Positions 47,833-57,107 of a stretch of 64,000 nucleotides of DNA are shown piece after piece (positions within the stretch are counted from its first letter, which is position 1; the number at the start of each line of letters is the position of its first letter). A program made the position numbers and the translations under genes. The notes under the pieces were generated by a model that was not told the origin of the DNA, searched no databases, and saw nothing but the letters and a program-made list of their open reading frames with translations. This stretch comes from Candidatus Doudnabacteria bacterium (GTDB lineage: Bacteria > Patescibacteriota > Doudnabacteria > UBA920): assembly GCA_031291995.1 (NCBI GenBank), contig JARLHZ010000034.1, forward strand, positions 14,915-78,914. Direction: 5' to 3'.

Positions 47833-49581
47833 ATGTCCGGACGCAACGTAAAAAACGCCTTTGAATTCAGAAGCAGTTTATTGGCTGTTTTTTTATGTCT
47901 GCTTTTTGTGGTGTTAGCGGCCAAGCTGTTTTATTTGCAGGTGCTGCAAGGCGCCGAACTAAAAAAGGCCGCCGAAGCCCAGCACAGCATTTACCAAAAA
48001 CTTCTGCCGAGCCGGGGCGAAATAGACATGGTGGATAAAGCCTCGTCCGCGCTGGTGCCGCTTGCTACCAATGTAAAAAGCTACCTGGTTTACGCCGTGC
48101 CGTCCGAGGTTTTAAATCCCGGACTCGCGGCGGCCAGTCTGGCCGGCGTATTGCAGTTGGATTCCAAAGACATTTTGGGCAAAATTACGCAGACGGATAA
48201 AAAATACGTTATTATTAAAAAACAGTTAACCGACGCCGAGCAGTCGCAAATCAAGCAGCTCGCGCTGGCCGGAATTTTTTTTGATTCGGAAGATACCCGC
48301 GTTTATCCCCAAAACAGCCTGCTCAGCCAGACCGTGGGGTTTTTGGGATATTCGGGGAAAAATCCCAACAAGACCGGGCTTTACGGTCTAGAAAGGTATT
48401 TTAATCAGGATTTATCGGGATCCTCCGGGCAGGTAACGGCGCAAAAAGACAGCGGGGGAGCAATGATTTACGGCGCCGGTATTGACCGCGAGCCGGCTCT
48501 AGACGGCGCGAATTTAATTTTGACCATCGACCAGACAATTCAGTTTCAGGCCGAAAGCATGCTCAAGGATATGGTGGATAAAAACGGCGCAGACAGCGGC
48601 AGTATAATTGTAGCTAACCCGAAAACCGGCGCCATATTGGCGCTGGCCGGTTATCCGAATTTCGATCCGAACCAGTACAATACTGTTGCCAATCCCGCGG
48701 ATTTTAATAACCAGACGGTCACGGGAAATTACGAACCGGGCTCGGTGTTTAAGGCCATCACCATGGCCGCGGCATTGGATGAAAATAAAGTTACTGCGAC
48801 TTCCACTTATGTTGACACCGGCGATGTCGCGGTTGGCGGGTTCCACATTCATAACTCCGACAACAAGGCGCACGGCCTGACGACCATGACACAGGTTTTG
48901 GATTGGTCTTACAATACCGGCGCGGTATACGCGGAAAACCAGCTAGGCAACCCGGACTTTTTAAAATACGTAAACGCATTCGGCTTTGGCCAGGCCACGG
49001 GTATTGAATTGCCGGAAACCAAAGGCAGTCTGGACGGATTAAAAGGCAATAACCAGACAAATTATGACACTGCCAGTTTCGGCCAGGGAATTTTGGTAAC
49101 GCCTATGCAGATGCTTCAGGCATATACGGCTTTTGCCAACGGCGGGAAAATGATGAAGCCTTATATTATCCAGAGTGAAATTTTTCCGGACGGTAAAATT
49201 GTGGATACCAAGCCCACGGTGGTCAAGCAGGTCATTAGTCCGCAAACCGCCAGCACGCTGGATGCCATGCTGGTGGATGTGGTAGAAAACGGCTACGGCG
49301 CCAAAGCGGCCGTGCCGGGCTATTTTGTGGCCGGCAAGACGGGTACGGCGCAGGTGGCCGGACCGGACGGAAAATATTTGGTTAACGATAACATCGGCTC
49401 GTTTATTGGTTTTGCGCCGGTCGATAATCCCCAGTTTGTCATGCTTATCCGCGTAGACCACCCGCGCGATGCCGAATTTTCCGAAACTACCGCGGTGCCG
49501 GTGTGGGGCAAGCTGGCGCAGTTTATTTTAAACTATATGGGCATTCCGCCCTCGCGACCGATTCCGGCAAACAAACAATAA
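47833..49581 (+). CDS. ftsI: Class B penicillin-binding protein (FtsI-like)
   Basis: EPGSVFK (SxxK), SYN (SxN) and KTGTAQ; dcw context. Confidence 0.88.
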   Translation: MSGRNVKNAFEFRSSLLAVFLCLLFVVLAAKLFYLQVLQGAELKKAAEAQHSIYQKLLPSRGEIDMVDKASSALVPLATNVKSYLVYAVPSEVLNPGLAAASLAGVLQLDSKDILGKITQTDKKYVIIKKQLTDAEQSQIKQLALAGIFFDSEDTRVYPQNSLLSQTVGFLGYSGKNPNKTGLYGLERYFNQDLSGSSGQVTAQKDSGGAMIYGAGIDREPALDGANLILTIDQTIQFQAESMLKDMVDKNGADSGSIIVANPKTGAILALAGYPNFDPNQYNTVANPADFNNQTVTGNYEPGSVFKAITMAAALDENKVTATSTYVDTGDVAVGGFHIHNSDNKAHGLTTMTQVLDWSYNTGAVYAENQLGNPDFLKYVNAFGFGQATGIELPETKGSLDGLKGNNQTNYDTASFGQGILVTPMQMLQAYTAFANGGKMMKPYIIQSEIFPDGKIVDTKPTVVKQVISPQTASTLDAMLVDVVENGYGAKAAVPGYFVAGKTGTAQVAGPDGKYLVNDNIGSFIGFAPVDNPQFVMLIRVDHPRDAEFSETTAVPVWGKLAQFILNYMGIPPSRPIPANKQ

Positions 49582-49679
49582 TTCCTTTACTAACTACGAA
49601 TCCGTACTAATATACGAATTGAGAACTAAAATTAGTATATTCGTAAAGATTCGTAGTTAGTAAAGGTAGTAAAGGTAGA

Positions 49680-50057
49680 TTATTGGTACAACTGTTGAAT
49701 GTCCGAAGGTTTTATCTGCTCAATTTGCTGGGGAGTAACCCCGGCCGTGGAGAAAAACGCTTTGTAGCCAAAATAAAAAATCAGCAGGGAGACGACCGTC
49801 AAAATTACGCAGACCCAGGCGACCTGTTGGGAGTCGTCCTTGTCGTCAAAAAAATATTTTACCGCGAACAGCAGGCCAAACGGCGGGACGCTTATGCTAA
49901 TCAGGTATGCCCATTTTTTGGCGGCCGGGGAAACGAGGTTGCGGCTTTGCGTTTCCAATGCGTTCATCATTAGCGCGCCAATGTCCACATTGGGATTTTC
50001 TTTGGCCACGCTGGCGTACAAATCCACTTTTTTTGCCAATTTGTCGTCTATGTCCAT
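49680..50057 (-). CDS. Hypothetical two-TM protein
   Basis: PPFGLLFAVKYF hydrophobic segments. Confidence 0.6.
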   Translation of the reverse strand: MDIDDKLAKKVDLYASVAKENPNVDIGALMMNALETQSRNLVSPAAKKWAYLISISVPPFGLLFAVKYFFDDKDDSQQVAWVCVILTVVSLLIFYFGYKAFFSTAGVTPQQIEQIKPSDIQQLYQ

Positions 50058-50201
50058 AAGAGTTATGGATATTAATAGATATTTATAGATATTGGGATAT
50101 TAAGTTGTCATCCCGACCCCCGCCGTCGCCAAGGCTTTGGCGGGCAAGCCGGCATCATCATGTGCTTGTGCAAGCGAAGGGGATTTCTTAACCATCGGAT
50201 G

Positions 50202-50750
50202 CTATTTAAAGGCGCTGCCTTTTTGCCAGGGAGTGCCTATTGCCGGTAGCAGCCACATATCAATGCCGTACCAGCCGGCTACGCGCCAGGCCAAAATTAA
50301 AAATAGTTGAAGCATAAGCAAGACCGGATTTATACTCACGGTTCCAGCCAAAAGATAATTCAGATTCATAAACGTGCCAAAGAAGGCCGCGATGCCGGTA
50401 AAAATTCCCAAAATTAAGGCTAGGCCGACAAAAAGTTCGCCAAAGGCCACCATTACCCCAAACCCCGCGGCGTGGGGGATAACGAAATTTTGGATGAATC
50501 CCGCGTACCATCCCTGCACATCGGGATGCGCCCCGGCCGCCTTAACTAAAGCGCCATTTAAAAAGCCCCGCAAAGCCGTACCGGCCTGTCCGCCCACCCA
50601 CATAGGCGAATTTATTTTTCCCCAGCCTGCCTCCACCCACTGCCAGCCCACATAAAGCCTAATAATCAGCCACAACCAAGCCATCTTCGTATTGGCAAAT
50701 AAAAATCTCGCAAACGGCGGCTCGGCAATTTCAATATTGTTTTGTTTCAT
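50202..50750 (-). CDS. DoxX/DoxD-family membrane protein
   Basis: RLYVGWQWVEAGWGK, GELFVGLALILG and AGWYGID motifs. Confidence 0.85.
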   Translation of the reverse strand: MKQNNIEIAEPPFARFLFANTKMAWLWLIIRLYVGWQWVEAGWGKINSPMWVGGQAGTALRGFLNGALVKAAGAHPDVQGWYAGFIQNFVIPHAAGFGVMVAFGELFVGLALILGIFTGIAAFFGTFMNLNYLLAGTVSINPVLLMLQLFLILAWRVAGWYGIDMWLLPAIGTPWQKGSAFK

Positions 50751-50992
50751 TTTTAGTAATTAATTTTCTATATTATACCATATTTATCACTACCACAAAA
50801 AACCCGCAGATTGGCGGTAAGGTTCGTGTCTGACCCGTCATTTGCAATCACATTGGCAAGCCTCGTATGATAATGACGGAACTGAAATAGTTAAACTTTT
50901 TTTACAAAATAAATTCCCGACAATATACCGTATCGGGGGCGGTGCAGGCTCGGGTATCGGCCACATGCGATGCCTTTAAAGTTCTGCGGAAA

Positions 50993-51832
50993 CTAGCGGA
51001 AGGTAGTCGGCAGATAAGGTGAAGAGAAGTGATACGTCGCGCCAATTCCAGGTACATTGATTACCTCCGTTTGCACGATTTCGTCATCGTACTTGGGAAG
51101 ATTGATGCGCACCTCTTGAGATGGCTTTATCTGCCTTATCTGTTCTAAAAGCACCGCGAGTACCTTGGGTAGCGTTTCCGCCCATAGGAAGCCTTTGCCT
51201 TTGCTGACCGAGACGTTATTGTTTTGGGCAAACACCTCTTGAACCCCATCGACTTGCGCAAGTTTCGTGACGAGCGCGGAGTTTTTATCTTGACCGATTG
51301 CCCAATCGAACATGTCTAGATCAGCGGGTGCCATTATGGTGTCGAAGTACAGAATTACCATGTCGTGGTTAGGCGGGCATACCATAATGTATCTTGCCAT
51401 ACCTAAGGTTTTTAGCGCCGGTTTTTGTTGCTGACAAGGGACTTCGTTCGGCCTGGGTTCAACCTGCGTCATGGCTCCCGAGAACCGAGTCATAGCACTC
51501 TTGACTTGCGGACCGATTGTGGACCAACTCGCGTTCGGCCTTTTGAATACCGAGAGCTCATACTTTTTCAGATAGAGACTCTCCAATCCTTGAATCCGGG
51601 TTAGATTCTTAAGTAGTGGCGGCAAAACCCCGTCTTCCCCGTCAAACATGGGCTCGCCGTTTTGCCTGAACATCACCATGCGGATTGTCTGATCAGTGAG
51701 CGGGGACGTCGCATGGAATGTCAGGCCATTTCCGTGGTGATATTGGACAAAATAAGTGGAATTCTGTCCGGTTGCGGTTAAGGCACCCAAAATTAGCAGC
51801 GCCAAGAAAAGCGTGGGCGTAATTTTTCTCAT
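50993..51832 (-). CDS. Exported protein with two Nfu/NifU N-terminal-like repeats
   Basis: Signal-peptide-like start after GGAGG; two L..I/V.G(L/V)..(L/V)....(L/V)SV.K....W repeats. Confidence 0.5.
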   Translation of the reverse strand: MRKITPTLFLALLILGALTATGQNSTYFVQYHHGNGLTFHATSPLTDQTIRMVMFRQNGEPMFDGEDGVLPPLLKNLTRIQGLESLYLKKYELSVFKRPNASWSTIGPQVKSAMTRFSGAMTQVEPRPNEVPCQQQKPALKTLGMARYIMVCPPNHDMVILYFDTIMAPADLDMFDWAIGQDKNSALVTKLAQVDGVQEVFAQNNNVSVSKGKGFLWAETLPKVLAVLLEQIRQIKPSQEVRINLPKYDDEIVQTEVINVPGIGATYHFSSPYLPTTFR

Positions 51833-51978
51833 GTATCCCTCCAATTTAGGGATACAATACCATAACAAAAATGGTCTATGACTGTCCAGGATTGGTACTT
51901 ATTGATAAAAATAGACGTTTTTGCTAAAATAAGCCAAGCCGCCTTAGTTAATTGTAAATTGTTAAACGTTAATTGTTA

Positions 51979-53514
51979 TCACATTGGGGTGTCGCCAAGT
52001 GGTAAGGCAGCGCCCTTTGGAGGCGCCATTCGCAGGTTCGAATCCTGCCACCCCAGCCAATCACTTAAAACGAGATTTTTCGGACTTTCCGCGAGCAGAG
52101 AAAATGGAGACTTGAATTGATATTGTTGAACAATCTGATTTTTAAGTTTCAGGTTCCAAAGTAATTTTTTTAGCAGTTCAAACTTTTCAACATCAGTAGA
52201 TTCTAAATACTCAAAAGACGCTATTGAGGCCTGTAAAAAGGTCTTTTTTGTTAGTTCCAAAGTGAATAAGGCCTCTTCAAGCGTTTGGGTCTTGGTGTTC
52301 AAAACTTGGGTCTGAATTAATTTTGTTTCGGCCTCTAGGTTTAAAATTTGGGGCTTTAGGGCATTTGCCATACTTGGGTCAGTAGAAATTACCTGCACAA
52401 GATTTGCTAGTCGCTCTTGTGTAGTTTTAAGCTTTTTAGCCAGTTCGTCTTTTTGAAAATTGATGTTGCCGGCTTGGGCGATAGTTTTTTCCTTTGCGGC
52501 ACGATAAGCAATTTCAATATCGTGTTCGTCAAACTTAAGTTCCTGAAAAGTTTTGGCTATGAGTTCATCAATGGCTTTATCCCTTAAATATTTTTTATGT
52601 TCCAAACAATTTCCCTTGCCATTGGTGCAATAATAATAAGCGTGGCCTTTTTTTGTTGAGGCGGTAAGCAGACAGCCACAGGAATGGCAAAACATAAAAC
52701 CACGGGCAGGAAAAAAATGTTTTTGTTTTTTGGAACGGGATTTACCGGATAACACATCCTGCACAGTATCAAATAAAATTTTGCTGATAATCGGCTGATG
52801 TATGCCTTGGTAAATTTGGCCGTTGCGGCGGATAACTCCGTAGTAAAATGGATTTTGTAAAATGTGATGAAATTGGGCTTTGCTGGGTTTAAGCCCGCCT
52901 TTTGTTCTAAAGCCGTTTTGGTAAGTGATATTATTTACATCCTTAAGCGAATAGCCGCCGGTAGCATAAAGTTCAAATGCTTGTTTAATGAATACAGATT
53001 TTATTGGGTCTATTTCTTTTTTCTTGGTCGCCAAATTATCCAAATAACCAATCGGTGCGGCTCCGGGCAACTCGCCTTTTTCTAGTTTAGTTTTGTTGCC
53101 GCGCTTAACATCCTGCGACAAGTTTCTGACAAACTGGTTAGCAGTGCCAAATTCCAAGGCTAAGTGCATAACATTGTCGCTGGGGTGGTGACTACCAAAA
53201 GGAGTTATGATTTCGGAAATTATGTTCTCTTGCAGGAGGCTGATAATTTCCCCGCTGTCCCGTAAGTTCCTTGCTATTCGGTCAAGTTTCCACGCCAAAA
53301 GCTTACAACCCTGATTAGCCTTAATATACAAAACCATTTTATTGAACTCCGGACGGCCAATGGTTTTAGCGGATTTACTTTCCTGAAATATTTTATCAAT
53401 GCTCAAATTTAACTTTGCGGCCAAAGCCTTTATTTCGCCGGCTTGAGATTCCAAAGACAAAGCCTGCCGGTCTTCGGCTTCACTGGATTTTCGTAAATAA
53501 ATAATTGTTTTCAT
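51979..53514 (-). CDS. Large serine recombinase (integrase) whose C-terminus reads antisense through tRNA-Gln
   Basis: YLRKSS catalytic Ser, DRIARN, APIGY, NPFYYG, HQPII; zinc ribbon CHSCG...YYYC...C; coiled coil. Confidence 0.93.
   Translation of the reverse strand: MKTIIYLRKSSEAEDRQALSLESQAGEIKALAAKLNLSIDKIFQESKSAKTIGRPEFNKMVLYIKANQGCKLLAWKLDRIARNLRDSGEIISLLQENIISEIITPFGSHHPSDNVMHLALEFGTANQFVRNLSQDVKRGNKTKLEKGELPGAAPIGYLDNLATKKKEIDPIKSVFIKQAFELYATGGYSLKDVNNITYQNGFRTKGGLKPSKAQFHHILQNPFYYGVIRRNGQIYQGIHQPIISKILFDTVQDVLSGKSRSKKQKHFFPARGFMFCHSCGCLLTASTKKGHAYYYCTNGKGNCLEHKKYLRDKAIDELIAKTFQELKFDEHDIEIAYRAAKEKTIAQAGNINFQKDELAKKLKTTQERLANLVQVISTDPSMANALKPQILNLEAETKLIQTQVLNTKTQTLEEALFTLELTKKTFLQASIASFEYLESTDVEKFELLKKLLWNLKLKNQIVQQYQFKSPFSLLAESPKNLVLSDWLGWQDSNLRMAPPKGAALPLGDTPM
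51985..52059 (+). tRNA. tRNA-Gln(UUG)
   Basis: Acceptor TGGGGTG/CACCCCA, anticodon loop CTTTGGA, T-loop GGTTCGAATCC, encoded CCA. Confidence 0.96.
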
Positions 53515-53631
53515 TTTTTTTTGTTTCTTAAGGATTTTTACAAATCCATAATACGCCGGAAGTAAATAATTTTCAAATATTTGCCATAAAGCGCGATTTG
53601 CTGTCTAACCATTTTCGGATTAAGTGTTATA

Positions 53632-53835
53632 TTAATCGAGTGTAACAGGCGGCGGCGTTGCCGCCGCGCCTCCGTTGGGGTGCGGCCGCCTCGCCGCCTG
53701 CCTCTTGGCCATTAGCAAAAACAAATCAGCCAATGCTTCGGTAGCTGAATTAGCCTCATCGTCTGACATTAATTTGTGGTGCTTATCGTTAAAATGCTGT
53801 TGCGTGTAGCTGATAAGCCCCTCGCTGAACCGCAT
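53632..53835 (-). CDS. Small protein upstream of the integrase
   Basis: 67-aa ORF co-oriented with the recombinase. Confidence 0.5.
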   Translation of the reverse strand: MRFSEGLISYTQQHFNDKHHKLMSDDEANSATEALADLFLLMAKRQAARRPHPNGGAAATPPPVTLD

Positions 53836-54089
53836 ACAAACCCCGGCGGAGAAAATATAACTTGAATCGTATGAACATAAAATAAAAACAAAAAGCTACT
53901 CCCGCTTATTGCGTAGTAGCCATTGGGCGCTAGTCCCTCTTGGGCTAGCCCACTCCCTGATTAGCTTTTACACTAACCATTTTAAGTTTAACGCTTAAAC
54001 AATTTATGTCAAGCGGATTATCCACCGCTATTTATTTTTAAGACAAAACTTGCTATAGTTTAAGTATAATTTTAACTTAAATCATTATT

Positions 54090-54611
54090 ATGAAAAAAAT
54101 ACTCTTTGCTTTGCCGTTTATATTATTATTAGCGTCAGGGTGTAGTTCTGAAAATAATCAAACCTCTCAAAGTTTACCAACAGCCAGTAATTCTAGTCCG
54201 CAATTTACTACCACGACCGTTGCGGATATGGTGCAGGGAGGGATGGAACATACCCCCACTTTGGTCGAGACTCAAACTAAAATTCTTAAAAAAATTACTT
54301 TTTTAAATAAAAAAGCCACGCCACCCACACAAGAATATTTATTTGAAATTGGAGATAGTAAGGCAGTTGCCGTGTTTGATGTTTCAAAATTTTCACAATT
54401 ATACTCACAATTCAACGCCGGAAATTCCGTAGTTGTCCGAGGGGCTTTCGGAAGTTTTAGCTGTGACACAGATTCAATGGCCGGGGACGCAGGCATTACG
54501 TATCTTTGCAAGACATTAAACACTACACAAATTTTTATTCCTTGGGTTGTTGCTATTGCTCCAGACCCAACGCTTGGAAATAAAAATCCAGTAGAAAAAA
54601 TCACTCAATAA
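54090..54611 (+). CDS. Putative lipoprotein (cargo)
   Basis: MKK-hydrophobic-LASGC lipobox. Confidence 0.7.
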   Translation: MKKILFALPFILLLASGCSSENNQTSQSLPTASNSSPQFTTTTVADMVQGGMEHTPTLVETQTKILKKITFLNKKATPPTQEYLFEIGDSKAVAVFDVSKFSQLYSQFNAGNSVVVRGAFGSFSCDTDSMAGDAGITYLCKTLNTTQIFIPWVVAIAPDPTLGNKNPVEKITQ

Positions 54612-54612
54612 T

Positions 54613-55203
54613 ATGGATAAAAATCTTAAAAATTCTTTGCTATTCGGCGCTGCAACGGGCGGTCTTTTTGCTCTTTTTCGTAACGCTGGAAATAAACAAA
54701 AATTAAGCGACTTACAGCTTAAAGCAGTTAATGACCTTAGAGACGCTTTTGCTCAGTTGGTAGGTTCGCTTAATGGAAACATAGCACTCGCTCCAATATT
54801 AACAAGCGTTAAAGAATTTGAGGTTCAAAAACGGTATCAGCAAATAGTAATTTTTCTAGAAAAAAATATACAGAAAGACGCCGAAAATCTTGGTTTGGTA
54901 AAAAGTTTTAAAAGCAGGCTTCAATATGTTTTAAGCGGCAGATTTACTGAGGAAAAAAATAATGCTAAAGCCCACCAAACCCAAGCATTTTTTGTTCCTT
55001 TTAGAGAATTACCAGCTTTGCTTGAAACCCTGCTTGAAAAGCACACACAGATTTTTCGCTTAATGCAAAAAGGATTTGGTTATATGGAAACAGAAGGGCT
55101 TAAAGATTTTAAGCCAGAGGATAGTACGCTCTTAAAATCATACGTAAGCCAATTTCAGGCGTTAGACAAACAAGCAACAAGTTTACTTTCAGACTTCAAG
55201 TAA
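54613..55203 (+). CDS. Hypothetical protein (cargo)
   Basis: 196-aa ORF coupled to the lipoprotein gene. Confidence 0.6.
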   Translation: MDKNLKNSLLFGAATGGLFALFRNAGNKQKLSDLQLKAVNDLRDAFAQLVGSLNGNIALAPILTSVKEFEVQKRYQQIVIFLEKNIQKDAENLGLVKSFKSRLQYVLSGRFTEEKNNAKAHQTQAFFVPFRELPALLETLLEKHTQIFRLMQKGFGYMETEGLKDFKPEDSTLLKSYVSQFQALDKQATSLLSDFK

Positions 55204-55227
55204 ACTAAAAAATAAACTGAGATTATT

Positions 55228-55776
55228 ATGCGAGGATATTTTTATTACAACTCTTTTGCGGGAAATCATTTTGATATTTCCACTTGGGTAGCCATAATTG
55301 CGGCGTTTGCTGCTATTGCCGCAGCTGTTGCTGCGTTTTGGCAAGCAAATGGGCTTAAGCTTTCCATAAAAGCTGAGACTTTATTAAAATTTATTGATAG
55401 ATTTGAATCGCAAAATTTTAAGGCAGCAAGAAAAACAGCTACCTTAGCTTGCCACACTATGCTGAAAGATAAAAATCCCGGAATAGATGTTGATGACGTT
55501 CTAGATTTTTTTGAGGACGTTTCTTTTATGGTTGAAAAGCAGGCCTTAGATGAGGAAATGGTTTGGCACGCTTTTTATCATTGGATGAGGTTATATTATC
55601 AAGCCTCCGCAACATACATAAATGAACGCAGGCAAGAAGAGCCGACGGTATGGAAATATTTTATTTGCCTGTATCCAAGATTAAATGCTTTGGAAAGAAG
55701 CAACAGTTTTGGCCAATACAAAGAAATACTGGATGACGCTGAGTTAAAAAAACAGCTAGAGGATGAATTAAACTAA
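55228..55776 (+). CDS. Hypothetical protein, DUF4760-like (cargo)
   Basis: N-terminal TM; VLDFFEDV...LDEEMV and YI..RR motifs. Confidence 0.55.
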   Translation: MRGYFYYNSFAGNHFDISTWVAIIAAFAAIAAAVAAFWQANGLKLSIKAETLLKFIDRFESQNFKAARKTATLACHTMLKDKNPGIDVDDVLDFFEDVSFMVEKQALDEEMVWHAFYHWMRLYYQASATYINERRQEEPTVWKYFICLYPRLNALERSNSFGQYKEILDDAELKKQLEDELN

Positions 55777-55880
55777 AGCAATTTCTTTAATTTTTGTTCC
55801 AACTTGGTCAAACAAGGCCAGCCAACAATTTTGGTTCCTACAGACCTACCAACCCTTGAACCAAAGTTACAAATCTTAAG

Positions 55881-55921
55881 AAAATAAGAGCATGGATTTT
55901 CGTCCATGCTCTTATTTTTTT
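55881..55921. terminator. Bidirectional terminator-like hairpin
   Basis: AAAATAAGAGCATGGA..TCCATGCTCTTATTTTTT. Confidence 0.7.
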
Positions 55922-55973
55922 CTACATTCAGTAAAAATATGCTAAAATAAGGTCATAATTTCAATAGAATTCT

Positions 55974-56969
55974 ATGAACAAAATATATTCGGAAAAACTA
56001 AAAGTTGGAGATGAAATTAGAATTATAGCGCCTTCAAGATCGCTCGGCATTATCTCAAATAATTTAAGAGAGATTGCCAACCGCAGGCTTAGGGATTTAG
56101 CGCTTAAAGTCAGTTTTGGCAGGCACGTTGAAGAAAAAGACGAGTTTGATTCTTCCGGTATAGAATCGCGCGTTGAGGATTTGCACGAAGCGTTTGCCGA
56201 CAAAAACATCAAGGCAATTTTTACCGTCATTGGCGGGTATAATTCCAACCAGTTATTGAAGCATATTGATTGGCAATTGCTCAAAAACAATCCAAAAATA
56301 CTTTGCGGTTATTCTGATATTACGATCTTGAATAATGCCATTTACGCCAAGACCGGTTTGGTTAGCTATTACGGCCCGCATTATTCCACTTTCGGGCAGG
56401 AAAAGCACTTTGACTACACTTTGGTTTACTGTAAAAAATGTTTGTTTTTTGACGAACCGTTTGAAATTAAGCCCAGCGAAAATTGGAGTGATGATTTATG
56501 GTTTAAAGATCAAAACAACCGCACCCTCATTCCTAACGAAGGCTGGCTGATAATAAACGAAGGCGAGGCTAACGGCACTGTCCTTGGAGGTAACCTTTGC
56601 ACTTTTAATTTGCTACAAGGGACGGAATTTTTTCCAGACCTAAACGGCAGTATTTTATGTTTGGAAGACGATGACTTGCCAAAAGAAAATTCCGCTGTGG
56701 AATTTGACCGCAACCTACAGTCCTTAATTCAGCAACCAAATTTTGGAAAAGTCCAAGGTTTGGTTATTGGCAGGTTTCAAAAAGCCAGTCAAATTACGAA
56801 CGAAAAGATAAAACAAATTATAAAATCAAAAAAAGAGTTGGCCAGCATGCCCATAATTGCCAATGTCGATTTTGGCCACACCGATCCCAAAATCACCCTT
56901 CCAATTGGCGGAGAAATTCAGATTAAAGCGGATTTTCAGAATCCCCAAATAAACATAGTCAAACACTAA
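55974..56969 (+). CDS. Peptidase S66 (MccF / LD-carboxypeptidase family)
   Basis: IAPS, IGGYNS, GYSDIT, GGNL, LED and DFGHT motifs. Confidence 0.92.
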   Translation: MNKIYSEKLKVGDEIRIIAPSRSLGIISNNLREIANRRLRDLALKVSFGRHVEEKDEFDSSGIESRVEDLHEAFADKNIKAIFTVIGGYNSNQLLKHIDWQLLKNNPKILCGYSDITILNNAIYAKTGLVSYYGPHYSTFGQEKHFDYTLVYCKKCLFFDEPFEIKPSENWSDDLWFKDQNNRTLIPNEGWLIINEGEANGTVLGGNLCTFNLLQGTEFFPDLNGSILCLEDDDLPKENSAVEFDRNLQSLIQQPNFGKVQGLVIGRFQKASQITNEKIKQIIKSKKELASMPIIANVDFGHTDPKITLPIGGEIQIKADFQNPQINIVKH

Positions 56970-57107
56970 AGTTATTATTCAGGCAAAAAAATAAGGGCAT
57001 GGACAAAAAATCCAAGCTCTTTTTTTAATGATAGTCCAAGTCTTTTAAATATATGACAATAGGGGTCGACGAGAGCCGGCCCCTATTTGGTTTGAGCGCC
57101 ATTGCGC

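Larger units (their letters stand above)
52053..55825. mobile_element. Integrative element at the tRNA-Gln 3' end, bounded by direct CCAGCCAA cores
   Basis: Core at 52053-52060 and 55818-55825; integrase frame stays open across the rejoined junction; AT-richer cargo. Confidence 0.75.

Noticed and set aside
51878-52120. 80-aa plus-strand ORF
   Set aside because: It overlaps tRNA-Gln on the same strand and is a shadow frame.
52053-55825. Prophage
   Set aside because: No capsid, terminase, tail or replication genes lie between the att cores.
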